64,000 nt of DNA, taken from positions 496,001-560,000 of the forward strand of contig JAYWIR010000057.1 of assembly GCA_036172245.1 (NCBI GenBank). The letters are read 5' to 3'. The notes below the pieces were generated by a model that saw nothing but the letters and a program-made list of their open reading frames with translations, was not told where the DNA came from and ran no database searches. The stretch comes from Raillietiella orientalis. Its lineage: Eukaryota. The translations under genes were made by a program, and so were the position numbers. This document shows positions 48,900 to 60,477 of this stretch, piece after piece (within the stretch, counting starts at the first letter, position 1; every line of letters begins with the position of its first letter).

Positions 48900-51280
48900 A
48901 TAATGCCGATTGTAACAGGCAGGGGGAGTTTTTCATTGGTTCCTCAGCCCATTGCGTCAAGAGAAACTCCCTCCAGCTGAGAAGATGCTGCCTGATTCTT
49001 TTCCCCCTCCCTAAACAGTCAGGCAACTCTTTGTTGTGGGAGCAGAGGGGAGTCGAGATCGGCTCCAGTGGTGATGGCCAGCCTGGGGGAGAGGGCATGG
49101 TCCTGCAGCATCTCCTGTCTGAATGATCAGACCGACGCGCAATAGGCGCAGGAGACGCCCTCGAATTTGTCGACGGCAACCGAATCCCTCTTGTGCTTGT
49201 GTCTTGCACTTGTGACAGCTGTAGGGAGCTGCATTCCCACCCAAGGGAAGTCAACTCTGCCCTTTGGGAACAAATCCGTTCCCCCAGTTCCTGCAAGAAT
49301 ATTTCAGCGACGTGGAAACTCGTTCTTCCTGCCTGAGCAAAGAAATAAGGGCGAGGCACTTCCGAGAAGGGAGCGGTGTGAGGGAAGCAACACGGGCGCC
49401 GCCGCGAAAGGGTCTACGAGAATATTGAATGGTTGACGAGCCCGTGTAACTTGACGGTCCACTCGAAACGAAGGAAGGACGCCTTCCTAGGCATCACCGT
49501 CGGCTCGCAACGAAGACATCTCACACAGGAAGTAGACCTGGGATGTCATGGTGCCCGTAGAGAGGAGTCGGAAGAGACCACCAAGAGAAACCACGAAGAG
49601 CGCAAGAGGCAGAGTGCCGGCAGCGCATCAAGGTAACGGAAACATGACAAAGATGAAGGGGAAGAGTGAAGGAACATGTTAGAAACCTTTGCTTCCTAGC
49701 ATAGAGAAGTACGGACGCGAAATCCCACGAAAGCCTGCATAGGGGAAACAGCTATCCTGTTGCTCCCAGTTTGAATGAGAGTGCCCTGTACTCTTGAGTC
49801 ATCGCATTACAGTTCGTTATAATGACCCTAAGCTAGCAAAACGTCCAAGAAGGATATGGTACGCCGTAGTCTTCATCAGCCAAATGCTGGAGAGTGCCAA
49901 AGGCCGTTCGGAGGAGTTTTGAGCGGACCTCCGTCATGTGACGCATTGCGTATTTGGAAAGGGTCATTGAGCAGTGGCAATCCGCGATGGAATTTCATTC
50001 CAATATGGGAAGCCAAGAGAACCTGAGATGCTTCACGGATTCCCCAGTGTTTCGGGACTCCCGCTGCTATGTGCATCTTTAGCTGCCTCCAGTAGCAAAT
50101 CGGTCTTTCCTCTTGCCAAAGAACGCCGTGTAAAACTTTCTAGAACATCGAAAGCCAAGTTTCCTGGAAGCGAGGAAACGAGGAATGAAACATGTTTTTC
50201 GATCCCATGTCCTCGCTCGCTGCCCTTCTTACTTTGACTGCTGCGCGGCTGGACAGCGCATACCTTACCACGTGATGCAAGAGTAGCAGCAGCCGACTGA
50301 GTCTCCGCGGCTTTGACAGCGAGAAGCATTTCTGAGCTGCAAGTCGCTCCAAAGTCCAAGTCTCCAGGGTTCTCGAGCAAGAAACCTCCCTCAGAAGCGT
50401 GGCCTTGGTTTCACTGACACGTGCACTTGATGCTCAGTGAACGAGTCGTTGCCACGGAAACGAAAGGGTCCCGTCAGCTTGGTGGCCCAGCATGCCCCGG
50501 ATATATCATGACATTGGTGCGCTTTCGAAGTGCTTGTCGCTCATCTGACGATGAATGCTTTTTCCGACCTCTGCTGACCTTTTAGCTGAAAGAAAGGGGT
50601 TTTCTCAACCAAGAAGTCCGTCATTTGAGCAGTGTGGACAGAAAAAATCGCAGAATCTGATGGATGATGGGATTCTTGCTATCCTGGCTTAATGCAGCAC
50701 AATGATGTTGGCCTTGAGAAGAAGAAGGTCGATGAGAAGGATTGGCGGGTTCATTCTAACGGAGATGGCAGCAAAGTTCGATAGATTCTTTTTCCGGGAT
50801 GATGAATACCAATAGTAAGAGAACCGACGTTCGGGAGCTCGCCTGGGCCCGGGAATAAATCTAAGCATTTCGTAGGTAAAGAGAAGTATCAAAATAGGAG
50901 ATTGGAGAGTGAATCCAAATGGATTCGTCGGCGATTAGCGTGATCGAGGGTTTGATGACCGAGAGCGATCTTAAAGATCGCTCGTTCAGCGAGAGATACT
51001 ACGGGGTTCCCTATGGCAACGTGAGAGAATTCTCGGGTGATGGGAGTGGGCACGGGAGACTTCTGCGTAGGGTGGTTCGATTGAAGGTGGCAGAGTTTCA
51101 ATAGGCGAAACACGTTCAGTGGTTGTCGAGGTGTTTAGAACATGGTGGGAAGTTCAAGAGGACACAATGAGTCGTGACGTGCAGGAGGTACATTCCCTGT
51201 CCGAAGCAGGAGATCCGACAGCAGCATCCACAAATTTCTTCGAGCTGGAGCAGGCGGTTACAGAAGGTCATACATGGGGG
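48900..51280 (-). mobile_element. Decayed L1 ORF2 from RT end to RNase H
   Basis: SDLLLRT (cf. SHLLFADD), QTLDHANRRRIHLDSLSNLLF*YFSLPTKCL (cf. LS.AGR..L..S.LS.LP) and RAELTSLG occur in order on the minus strand. Confidence 0.55.
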
Positions 51281-52052
51281 TCTCTAAGCACTGAAGAACC
51301 GTTCGTCTCCTCAGGACGAGCTCACGAAGCTCTTTAGCACTGTCCACGCCACCCGACAATGCATGCAAGTCTGCAAGCTAGACGGTAACCCCGTAGGGAC
51401 CACCCTATGAATCCAGCAGAAGGCTCCGAAGGAAGGACTCCGTTCCTCTTACGCTTGGGAGGGAATCTCGAAGGGACCTTCTTCCTCGTTCTCTCCTGAG
51501 GGAATCTTCCGGAACGGGTCCTCGTTTCTTCTCCAAGGGGGACCTGGAAAAAAGACCCTATCCCGAATTTCTTCTCCAGAAGGACCCTCCGGAAAGCATC
51601 CGCTCTTGGAATTTCTTCTCCGGAGGCAACCCCGAAGGGACGCCTCCAAATTTCTCTGAAGGGTGCTTTCTCGAAAGGAGCGGTTCACTGCTTACACCCG
51701 GAAGAGGCAACTGCTGAGGGGGGTGTCAACCAGCTCCACATGGTGCGGTTCCATTTTCACAACCGGAGGGAGACTTCCGTAGAGAACCGTCTCTTTGGTT
51801 CCTAGAAGGACCTCGGAGGGTCAACTTCCACTCCCGGCTATTAAACGGGGGCATCTGGCTTCAGGCTTCTACCTGTGTTGCACCCGAAACCTGAAGGCTA
51901 CCCAGAGTCATCCTGCTGTGTGGGGTGGGAGTGGGGGGATCGAGACCCTCGACTCACCCTCCATTCCAGGCGTTGATCCTTCCTCGGGGGGGGGGGGGAT
52001 TCGAACCCTCAGCACTTGGTATCACTACCCTCTGAGACAGCAGGCGCACGGC
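51281..52052 (-). mobile_element. SINE copy 9 (inverted partner of copy 11)
   Basis: Full set of family blocks and the head GGATTCGAACCCTCAGCACTTGG. Near-identical to the reverse complement of 60478-61260. Confidence 0.9.
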
Positions 52053-52059
52053 GAGTCAT

Positions 52060-53650
52060 GTATAGGAATGAGCTTTTCAGTGACGGTTGTTGACCTGCCT
52101 TCGTTTCTGAGACGTTTCGAAAGGAGGAAACGTGCAGATGTGGACAGATTTGCCTGTGGCAAGCACCCTACGCAAGGGAGGGTGGTAATACTCGGGATTT
52201 TCGCGCTATGAAACTGCTGAGAGGATCCGCACGTAGGAAATGGCATCAACCTCGTCCCTATTCAGAAGACCAGAATGATGCACAAAGGAGTGGGAAGGAT
52301 GGGGTCTTCCACGTTTGCGCCGTTTCCTCGCCCTCTTTCTTACGAAACACTGGATGTGCCCGAGGGTATTCCGCATTGAGGCGATGGGATAGCTGGACAG
52401 TTTTGCAATCGCTGCTCAAACCCACAGCTTTGGGCTCAGCAGTGCAAGCTCTCGCCACCCTACTCTGGCTGAGTTTCGGCGATCTGCGGGTCCAAGAATG
52501 CAGCATCTTCTGGCATGCCTCGGCTTCCTCGCCGTCCGGAGGAGGATGTGCTAGCTGCTGCTGTGCCTGGTAGATGTCCTAGCTACATTGGTTGTGCTGA
52601 AACGTTCTCTGGAACTCTTTCCCTGCGGTGCCCTTTGGTTGCTGCCCTGCCGTTCATTCTTCGCCTTCTTCGCGCTGACCAATGCATAGTTCCACACTCA
52701 AGTATTCCCGCTTGACTCGTGAGAGAGATTCCACCTTTATGGATGCTTAGCGACCACACATTTGCTCTTCTCTCCGCTGACCAAAGGTGCTCCGTAGTCA
52801 CTGACCCGATGGCATTCTAATCACTCCAGGCAACAGGATTCTGGATGCTAAAATGAGATGTTCAGAAATCAAGCCCACTTTTACTTAATCGGGTGAATTC
52901 TGGGCCGACTAAGTAGCGTAAGGAACCGATCTCCCCCAGCTTGGAAAGGCGGACCAAGAAAGAAGAAATTTATTTTCCGAGACAAAAAGAATCGAAAGAT
53001 CGTAACGGAAGAAGAGAGCAGGGCTTGGGTGCAGATCAAATGGTGCGTCCCTGTCCACTTCTCTGAGCCAAGAGGCAGCCTCTGGAAGAGGGAGGACTGC
53101 CTTGTTTCTGCAGCTCGCCGATCAGAAATAACCAGCTGTGAATTGGTGTCATCTGTTTGCAGGAGAAAAGTTTTGCTGCGCCATCTGCCCACCAGCGACA
53201 GGATGAAAGCCGCCAACGACGAAGTGCCGCAACGGAAAGCGCCGCATGCTGCCCAATGCATCCGACGAGGCTGCTGAGGAGGGAACCGTTTCAAGACCGA
53301 TGGTCACTCCAAGAAATGGCGAACCGTTTGGTCCCTACGATGGCCTGCTTTTTCGCTGTGGAATTAGCACGGCAACCGGCTTCCTGGAGGAGCTAAAGTA
53401 AGTCAAGAGGGATAGAGAGAGGAAGAGCGAGGGAAAGGAGGGAAAGGGGGAAATCTGCCAAGAGGCGTCTTTCTTGAGCTGAAACGGAGAGAATTTCTAA
53501 GGACAGGACTTTCAGGGAAGTGGTCGGCTATTCGAAGCGAAGATCGCATAGGGAAGATTCGGCTCGAATGGGGAAAAAAGCGCACGCTCAAGGGAAGCTG
53601 GCAGGTGGAGGGTTCAGGCAGATGATTGGCCGAGATCGGAGCAGGTGACT
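52060..53650 (+). mobile_element. Decayed L1 ORF2 C-terminus with RNase H
   Basis: VGNG (~52233), CPSYIGCAETFSGTLSLRCP (~52575), IKWCVP (~53035) and REAGRWRVQADD (~53592). Confidence 0.45.
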
Positions 53651-55145
53651 TGGGCAGAGTTCGCTGATCGCAGGCTCCCCACGGGCCGAGGAATGGTCCG
53701 CTGCCTTGCGAGCGAGAGAACCGCACGCACTAAATGGACTGATTGATTTCTATTCGATATCTTTCGATAATTATAATCCGAGATTGCTAATGGGCTACGC
53801 CCGTTCAGCCGTTGAGCAACAGATGAAGCAGCGGTCCCTCGGGGCAGGAAACTTTTTTTTGTTTTTCCTCTCACTAGGCTGGAAATGAGCGAGAGAATCA
53901 GGGAGGGGTTGCGGGGAAGGAAAACGGACAAGACGCGGATATCCGCCGTCGGTCGCCAACCATTTGGTGCGACGGAGGAGGAAGAGAGTGACGATGCTCG
54001 GGTATCCAAGCGACGCCTGAAGAGCCATCCGAGCTTCTGAGGGAAGCTTCTGCTGCAGCGGATAGGGGGAGGAAGTGGGGCTGCAAAGAGGGCTGGCTGG
54101 CTGCCCTGCGCGTAATGCTCGATCAGTAGAAAGGGGAAGAGACGAAAGGACGCCGCCCGAAGGCATCCTGAGCATATCCACAGGGGAGACGCAAGGTAGG
54201 GAGGGCGAACCCCGGAAATGCGGCGGCGAACTCAGAGAAGCACGAGAGTGAAAGAGCTCCTTCATTTTCGTCTTCCCGCGAGCTCGCAAGGAAGAATCCA
54301 CTCTGGCGGCATGCTCGATTCGTTCCTTCCGCTCCATTAATAGCAGTAAAGTGAGTGGTGTCCACCATCCACTGCTCGACGGGCGGAATCAAAAATTAGG
54401 AGCGAGATGACAGTTAAATATGGCTGCTTACCTACGCTCCTCCCCCCCTCCCCGTTAAAAATCGTGATGATGACACGATGGTTAATGGGCAGAGCCATTC
54501 ATGATTTGCTCTTCTCTGCTGGTCGAAATGCTCGAGTGTGCGGAGCACAGACGAAGGTGGAGAGGGCTTTGTTTTCGATCTCGCCCTGGGGAGGAACAAG
54601 CCGCAAACCAGTAATGCGGAAAGTGACAAATGACGTCACCGACACGTCTGATTTAACGCGAGAGTGCTCCAAAGCACTCTTCGAAACACCCTAATGGCAC
54701 GGAAAGCGACGAACTACAACAGGAACACGAAAACTGAGAATTTTTTTTTTTTGCAGAGTACCCGCCGCTGCTTCAAGGTCACCGCCGCTCGAACGTTCAA
54801 GCCGTTTCGCCACAGCGCCGACCGGGGATATCCAAAGAGGCTCATGTCCCGCTCAAATGCCTCCAGGAAGCAGTCGACGGGATCGGCAGGTGGGAAGCGC
54901 CCGTGCCACGTGCGTGCGGTGTCTCTCCAGAGCGTTCCCACCGCCAGGGTCAGAGAAGACTCCGACGCCAGGAATCAGGGGGATGCTTTAGAGAAGAATG
55001 GAAGGGGGAAAAATCGCTTCGAGATAACCTGCAAGAATCCTTTCGGATTTTGGCAAAAGCTGAAGGGAAGGGAGCCACTGGAGAAACGCTCGCAAAGGGC
55101 GTAGTCTCCCAGTTGCGTCCCTTTGGGGGTAGGAAGCACTTCGTA

Positions 55146-55690
55146 TTCCATCCGGTCACGCTCGGGACGTGAAAGAAACAACAAGCCGGGAGCGCAGTTC
55201 CCAAATAAGGCAAAAACAAGAAGTTCAGGGGAATAAGGCCCACCGACACGCAGGCCGTTCGCCGGGGAGGTACGGAAGGGAAGGGGACAGCAAATAAATA
55301 AATAAAAGGAGGATAGAGAGTGGTATACTCGGTCTTGGACGTTGCTTCTGGATCACTACCGATGTAGGATATCCGACTCTTCCCAGGTGGAGTTACCTGT
55401 CAGCCGTCGTCATGTGCGCGGCTGCCGTACGGGTGACCTCCCTTTCTGAGAAAAGCCCTGTGGGACGCTCCAAGGTTCCGGATCCGGCTGAAAGACTTGA
55501 TGACACGACCCCAGGATGCCGTGTTGGGCATCTTGACCATCCACAAGATCGTACTGCTGGTGCAGTTCCGACTTTTGATCCTTTGTGCCGAATTGTGGAC
55601 TTGTCCTTGGTGTGCTCCGGAATGCCACACCCTCCGGCGATGAGCAGGCCTTCTTTCCCTGCTGCCTCACAGCCGGCATAGAGGGAGTGG
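55146..55690 (-). mobile_element. WPHL-type LINE 3' end
   Basis: Terminus CGTCCCGAGCGTGACCGGATGGAA and peptide MTTADR*LHLG. Its 3' UTR resembles 56630-56817. Confidence 0.65.
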
Positions 55691-55899
55691 ATTTGGCTAC
55701 CCCCTGAGGTATCTGTCCTTACTTCTGGCAGCTCATCTGTGGATCTCCTGCTGCCCTAAAAACTAGAACGCCTGGAGGCAGGAGGCTTTGGAGTCTCCTG
55801 AGTGGCCACTGTGGAAGTGCGACCAGAGGAACTGCCTCTGCTGAGGAAACTTCTATAAAAGCTACTGGGAGATCTTATTCAGGACTCGACGCAGAGATT

Positions 55900-56817
55900 C
55901 CGGATAGCCATCACACTCCTTGCCATAGCACGATTTGCCCTCAGGGCAAACTGTGACAGCAGCCAACCGGCAAGGTGGGAGTTGTCCTGCAACATTTCAG
56001 GAGTCGAGAAACTCCTCGAAGGCTGCAAGACGAAAGAGCTGATGGAAGACGCCACTCCTTGTTCCCGGACGAAGGGACTCCTTCGATGGAGTGACCTGCT
56101 CGGTATGCCATCCGAAGAACTCGCGGTTCGTGCCCTGTGAGCGGAAGCTTCCGTGTTCCCGTTCCCTTGAAAACGGGATTTTCTGCTGTTTCTACACTGG
56201 GAATTCCAGTGCAGTTAGCGCAGACACACGGTTTTTGAGTGAGTTGCTTCCCCGAACTGTTCTGGATGCGAAGCGATGGAATCGTTCCCGTACCTTCTGT
56301 TGGCCTGCAGTGCCCTAGAGGACATGTGGCGGAGATTCCCTTCGGAGCTCCATCGACCGCAGGACCACCCGGCTTCCGACTTGCTGCAGTTCTTCTTCAC
56401 TCAATGCGAGCTCAAGATGGGCGCGGTGATGGCAAATACCTGTTGCATCCGTCCCATAGAAACATGTGTTGGAGTCTCGCTGGCAGCAAGGGAGGCTACC
56501 AACATGACAGCCACCTTCATGAGGACGGCTGCAAGTTGGCCTCACCTGCCAGAAGTCATCAGTGAGATCACGAGCATGCATAGACGCTTCTAGAAAAAAA
56601 GGAACGAATAAAACCAAAGACCCCTGTCCCTACCCTTTTGTCTTTTCTTATTTATTTATTGTCCCCTCCCTCCATTCCCTACTTTTTTAGAAGCCAGTCT
56701 GCGTGTCGATGGTCATTCCCAATGAACTTCTGTTTTTTTTGGCATCTCTTGTACTCAGGGGACGCCGTTCCTCTCTGTTTATTTTTGGAATGAACGTCCC
56801 GGAGTGACTGGGTGCAG
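55900..56817 (+). mobile_element. WPHL-type LINE 3' portion with zf-RVT-like knuckle
   Basis: NCSGCEAMESFPYLLLACSALEDMW...FMRTAASWPHLPEVISEITSMHRRF* (ORF 56276-56593 plus upstream codons); terminus AATGAACGTCCCGGAGTGACTGGGTG. Left boundary uncertain. Confidence 0.7.
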
Positions 56818-56819
56818 AC

Positions 56820-57600
56820 CTCTGCGCCGGAGACTCCGGAACGCGGCAGGTAGGCTGCGACGGCGGCCCAGATGAAGCGAGCTGTTGCCGGGAGTCCTCT
56901 TCGAGCTAGGAATCGCCGCAGCAGCTCCTTGGCGGTGTCCTCGGCTCGGTCGTCCCGCTAACCTGCAGCAGTGCGGGGACTCAACTCCTCGGAGACTAGG
57001 CTTGGCGCCGGGTTGGCTCCCTGCTCGCTCATCTTCCAGCAGTCCGGAAGTTGCGCGAGTCCCGCGAGCGTCCGCTCCTGCCCCACCCCTGGGTTGGCTG
57101 CCTCCCTTGTTTGCTCTTAGTGGCAGACAGCCTTGCTGCAAGAGAAGTATCTGGTCGGACCGGAAGAAGTTAAGGTGAGCAGAGGGGTTCTTGCAAGGGT
57201 GATGCGGGACGGAGGAACCTGCAGCGAGTGAGGCAAGGAGTTTCTACTGGAACCGATTCCCAGTCAGTCGTGTGAAACACTCCACATGGGGAATCCTCTC
57301 TAACCAACCCCTTCTTTTAGCACTCGAGTTCCGTAAAAGAGCTCTTTTGCCAATCGATGCAGAAACGGAAAGCGTAGCGCCGCTCTTTCCGGTTTGTTTC
57401 CAGGATTTCTTCTTGGGCTTCTTGCAAACGATCGTCTCTATCGCTGCCAAGGTGCTGTGCATCTCCATTACTGGGAAAGAGCAAAATGAACGTCCGCATC
57501 TCGCTTTGGCACGTAGAGTTGCGGAGTCTCCGCCTCAGTATCCTTCAGGTCTACGCCTGTCTCATCCCTTGAGGTAATCTGTTCGCTGATTGCAGGCACT
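56820..57600 (-). mobile_element. Decayed L1 ORF2 post-RT fragment
   Basis: STLAAIETIVCKK...CIDWQK...KKGLV resembles IE...FLW...W....K..GGLG. Confidence 0.35.
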
Positions 57601-57871
57601 TTAGGAACAGCTCCATTCCCGTTCCGGGTTTTCAAGGAGGAAACGAGTCGGTGAGGTGGGTGGGTGAGCTGGATGCTCCCTCAAGTGGTCAAAGAGGAAC
57701 TGCGCTTACCACATATCAGCTTGGAAATTTTTCGTTGCTGCATCTGTGTGATGAACCTTTCATGCAAAATCCTCGCGGGAATCTCACTGCTTCTTTCCTT
57801 TCTCCCGATCGCCATTTCCTTCCAGCCTTTTTTTGGGAAAAGGGAGAGAAGAGGGAGGAAATAGGGGTTTA

Positions 57872-58300
57872 TTTGTTGTTGTTGTTGTCCGCTAAGTATT
57901 CAAGAACCGTTCACCTGGAGGTTCACGAAGCTCTTTGACACGGTCCACGCTATCCGAGGGGGCGTGTGACTCTTCAAGTTATGGGGCAACCCTTAAGGGA
58001 CCACTCTTTGAATTCAGGAAGGCTCCAGAGGAAGGAGTCAATTCCCTTCTCACACTTGGTTGGGAGTTCCGAAGGGAATCTCTTCCTTGTTCTCTCTCGA
58101 GGAGGCCGCTCCATTATTTCTTCTCCGGAGGGAACCTGTCAGACAACCTCTCCCGGTTTCCTCCACTCCTGAAGAGAACCCTGAAGGAACGCTTCCAATT
58201 TCTCTGAAGGGCGCTCCACGAAGCAGAGCTCTTCTGACACTCTGGGGAGACAACCCTTCAGGGGAGCATCCGGTTCCCGGCTTTTACCAGTGCTGCACCC
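57872..58300 (-). mobile_element. SINE copy 10, head missing, (AAC)n tail
   Basis: (TTG)n then GCTAAGTATTCAAGAACCGTTC...CTCTTCAAGTT. Has an internal deletion. Homology stops at or shortly after ACCAGTGCTGCACCC (58300). Confidence 0.8.
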
Positions 58301-60470
58301 ATTACAGGATGCAAGGATTCGGCTTCCCCCTGAGGCAACTCGCCTGACAACTGGAAGCCCATTCGTGGATCATCTGCCGCCCAATAAACTACAACCCTTG
58401 GCGGCAGGAGACTGTTGAGTCTTGGGCTGCGTTTCAGGGAATTCGCCCTGAAGATCTTTGTCTCCTGCGACATCTCCTACCTCGACCACTGGGAGGGGTA
58501 ATACAGGACGCGGTGAAGTTTTCAACCCTGGCCTACACACCCCTCGCCGCAGAGCTGTCTTCCCTCAGGGCAAGAGATGACAGCGACAGGGACCGTGACC
58601 ACACGGCTTCCGGCTCGGGACACACAAGTGAGGAGCAACCCTCCGCTAACATGAGTTGTAGACGGCTTTGGATCGTGTTTAGTGTCCTCTACGGAACTGT
58701 TCCATTGAATTTCCGAGATCATGCTTTGTTTTGCTTGCTGGGAAGATCAGGATGAATTGCCGTCCCCACGAATCATTTCCGTTCACAAGAACGTTTCCGT
58801 TCTCAAAACATCAAGTACAGGATGAGCTTTCCAAAATAGTAGAATAAGCCTAGAAAAAGCAAGAGGCCAAGAGGGGGAGAGGAGGGGCACCATTGCTCTC
58901 GCCGTTTGGCTAGCGGCCATCACAAGCAGATTAAACTGCGGCTCACTCAAAGGCTGCTTGGCGGTTCAGCAAGAGCTGGAAGCTATCAGTGTCTGAGTCT
59001 GAAAGGCTGGCTGCCTTACCAGCCGTGACTTGGTCTACGTTGATTCACGTGCACACTCATCGGACGGAGGCAGCTCAAGACTTAATCTGGGATGGACACA
59101 CGATGGTGAGCAAGAGCGGAAGACGAGCGAAGGACGGACAAGAGTGGGAAGGATACGAAAAGTTCTTTGACTCTTGGGAAAGCGCGTCAGAGATTTGCAA
59201 CGAAACTCTCAAACGTCGATTCTAATCCCTGAAAACGAATGCATCCTGTTCCTCATTTCTGTCTTCGAAATCCAAAATCATTCGTCTAAAATTCCCATGG
59301 GAAGCAACCTCAATGATAATTGGAAATCGATTCTTGGTACCGCTTTATCGTCGTACCTCAGAGATCAGCGCGCCTGCCTATTAAAGTAATTCGAACCTGG
59401 TGGCTGCTAATATGAAAGCCGAGCATATGATTAATGCACGATCAGTAGCCGACTAAATGTACCGAGATGAGGAAGAACAGCGAGGAAACTGACTATCTGG
59501 AAATCGGATACCAGGATCTCCTGCCGCCGCTATCCCCCAACTGGAAGCGAAGCCCAGGAAGCGACTCGTGGAAGAAGGCCAAAAGGAAAGCAAAAAATCG
59601 AAAGTAGCAGGAGAGCGGGAATTTGAAAAAAGGACACGGCAGCACAAGGATTCCCCCCTTCCCCAAAAGGATTTTGTCGGGATGTGTAACCTGCGTTGCT
59701 TATATTTTTCGCTGCCAAGCATATAGAAGGACACCGATTCTTTCATCTCGGTGGGGGAGTGGTCCATTACGCTATGAGGTGGCTGCCATTCTCTGGCGGC
59801 CAATAGGGCAGCGTCGTCGTCCGCACTTAAAAGTTCTCTGCTCCAGCTCAGTGGTTCTTTGGTATATGGCATTCGGTTTGTTCCGAGCGTTTCCGCAGCG
59901 TTTCCTTCGGTCGCTCTGTGCTCCACGAATCCTCCGCATTTTTTTTTTTTTCTTTTTCAAACATGAACTCCGGTTGGTCTTCGATAAGACCTCTGCTACT
60001 CCAGTAGAAGTGGGATGTTGAAGAGGATGGTTTCGGAATTAGGCTTCCTCCGGACAGTCAAATCGGTTCGTTGGCATCCTCTGATGGATTCTGTTGTCCG
60101 TGCTGACGACAGTCTGGCGAAAGTCATGCACGAGTTCTCAGAAATACGAATGGTGGCTTTCCCGGAAGGCGGCAAGAGTGCTCTTCGCCTCTTAGGAGAC
60201 GAGGACTCCAAGCGGCAAACCAGGAACTGAGTGTGAAAGGCGAGCTCGCAATCATGCGTTCTTGAAAAGGCCCCATGAAGGGCGAGCAGAGAGCGTTGGA
60301 TTGCCTTTCGTGGGAAACGTGCCGCCGTTGGACTTCACCACATGATGTAACAAACCGACCTTGGCCTTACCGACCGCATCACATGACGACAGAGCCTCAT
60401 CGGGACAATTCGTGAGGCAAAGAAGCAGACGAGAATCTCGTAAAGTCTCTGATCGGAAATGGAGCCCGCG
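58301..60470 (+). mobile_element. 5'-truncated decayed L1 ORF2 (RT to RNase H)
   Basis: MQGFGFP...FQGIRPEDL (cf. MGF...RGLRQGDPLSP), NWKSILG, SVRWHPLMDSVVRADDS and GLHHMM*QTD occur in canonical order. Confidence 0.6.
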
Positions 60471-60477
60471 CTGGCCC

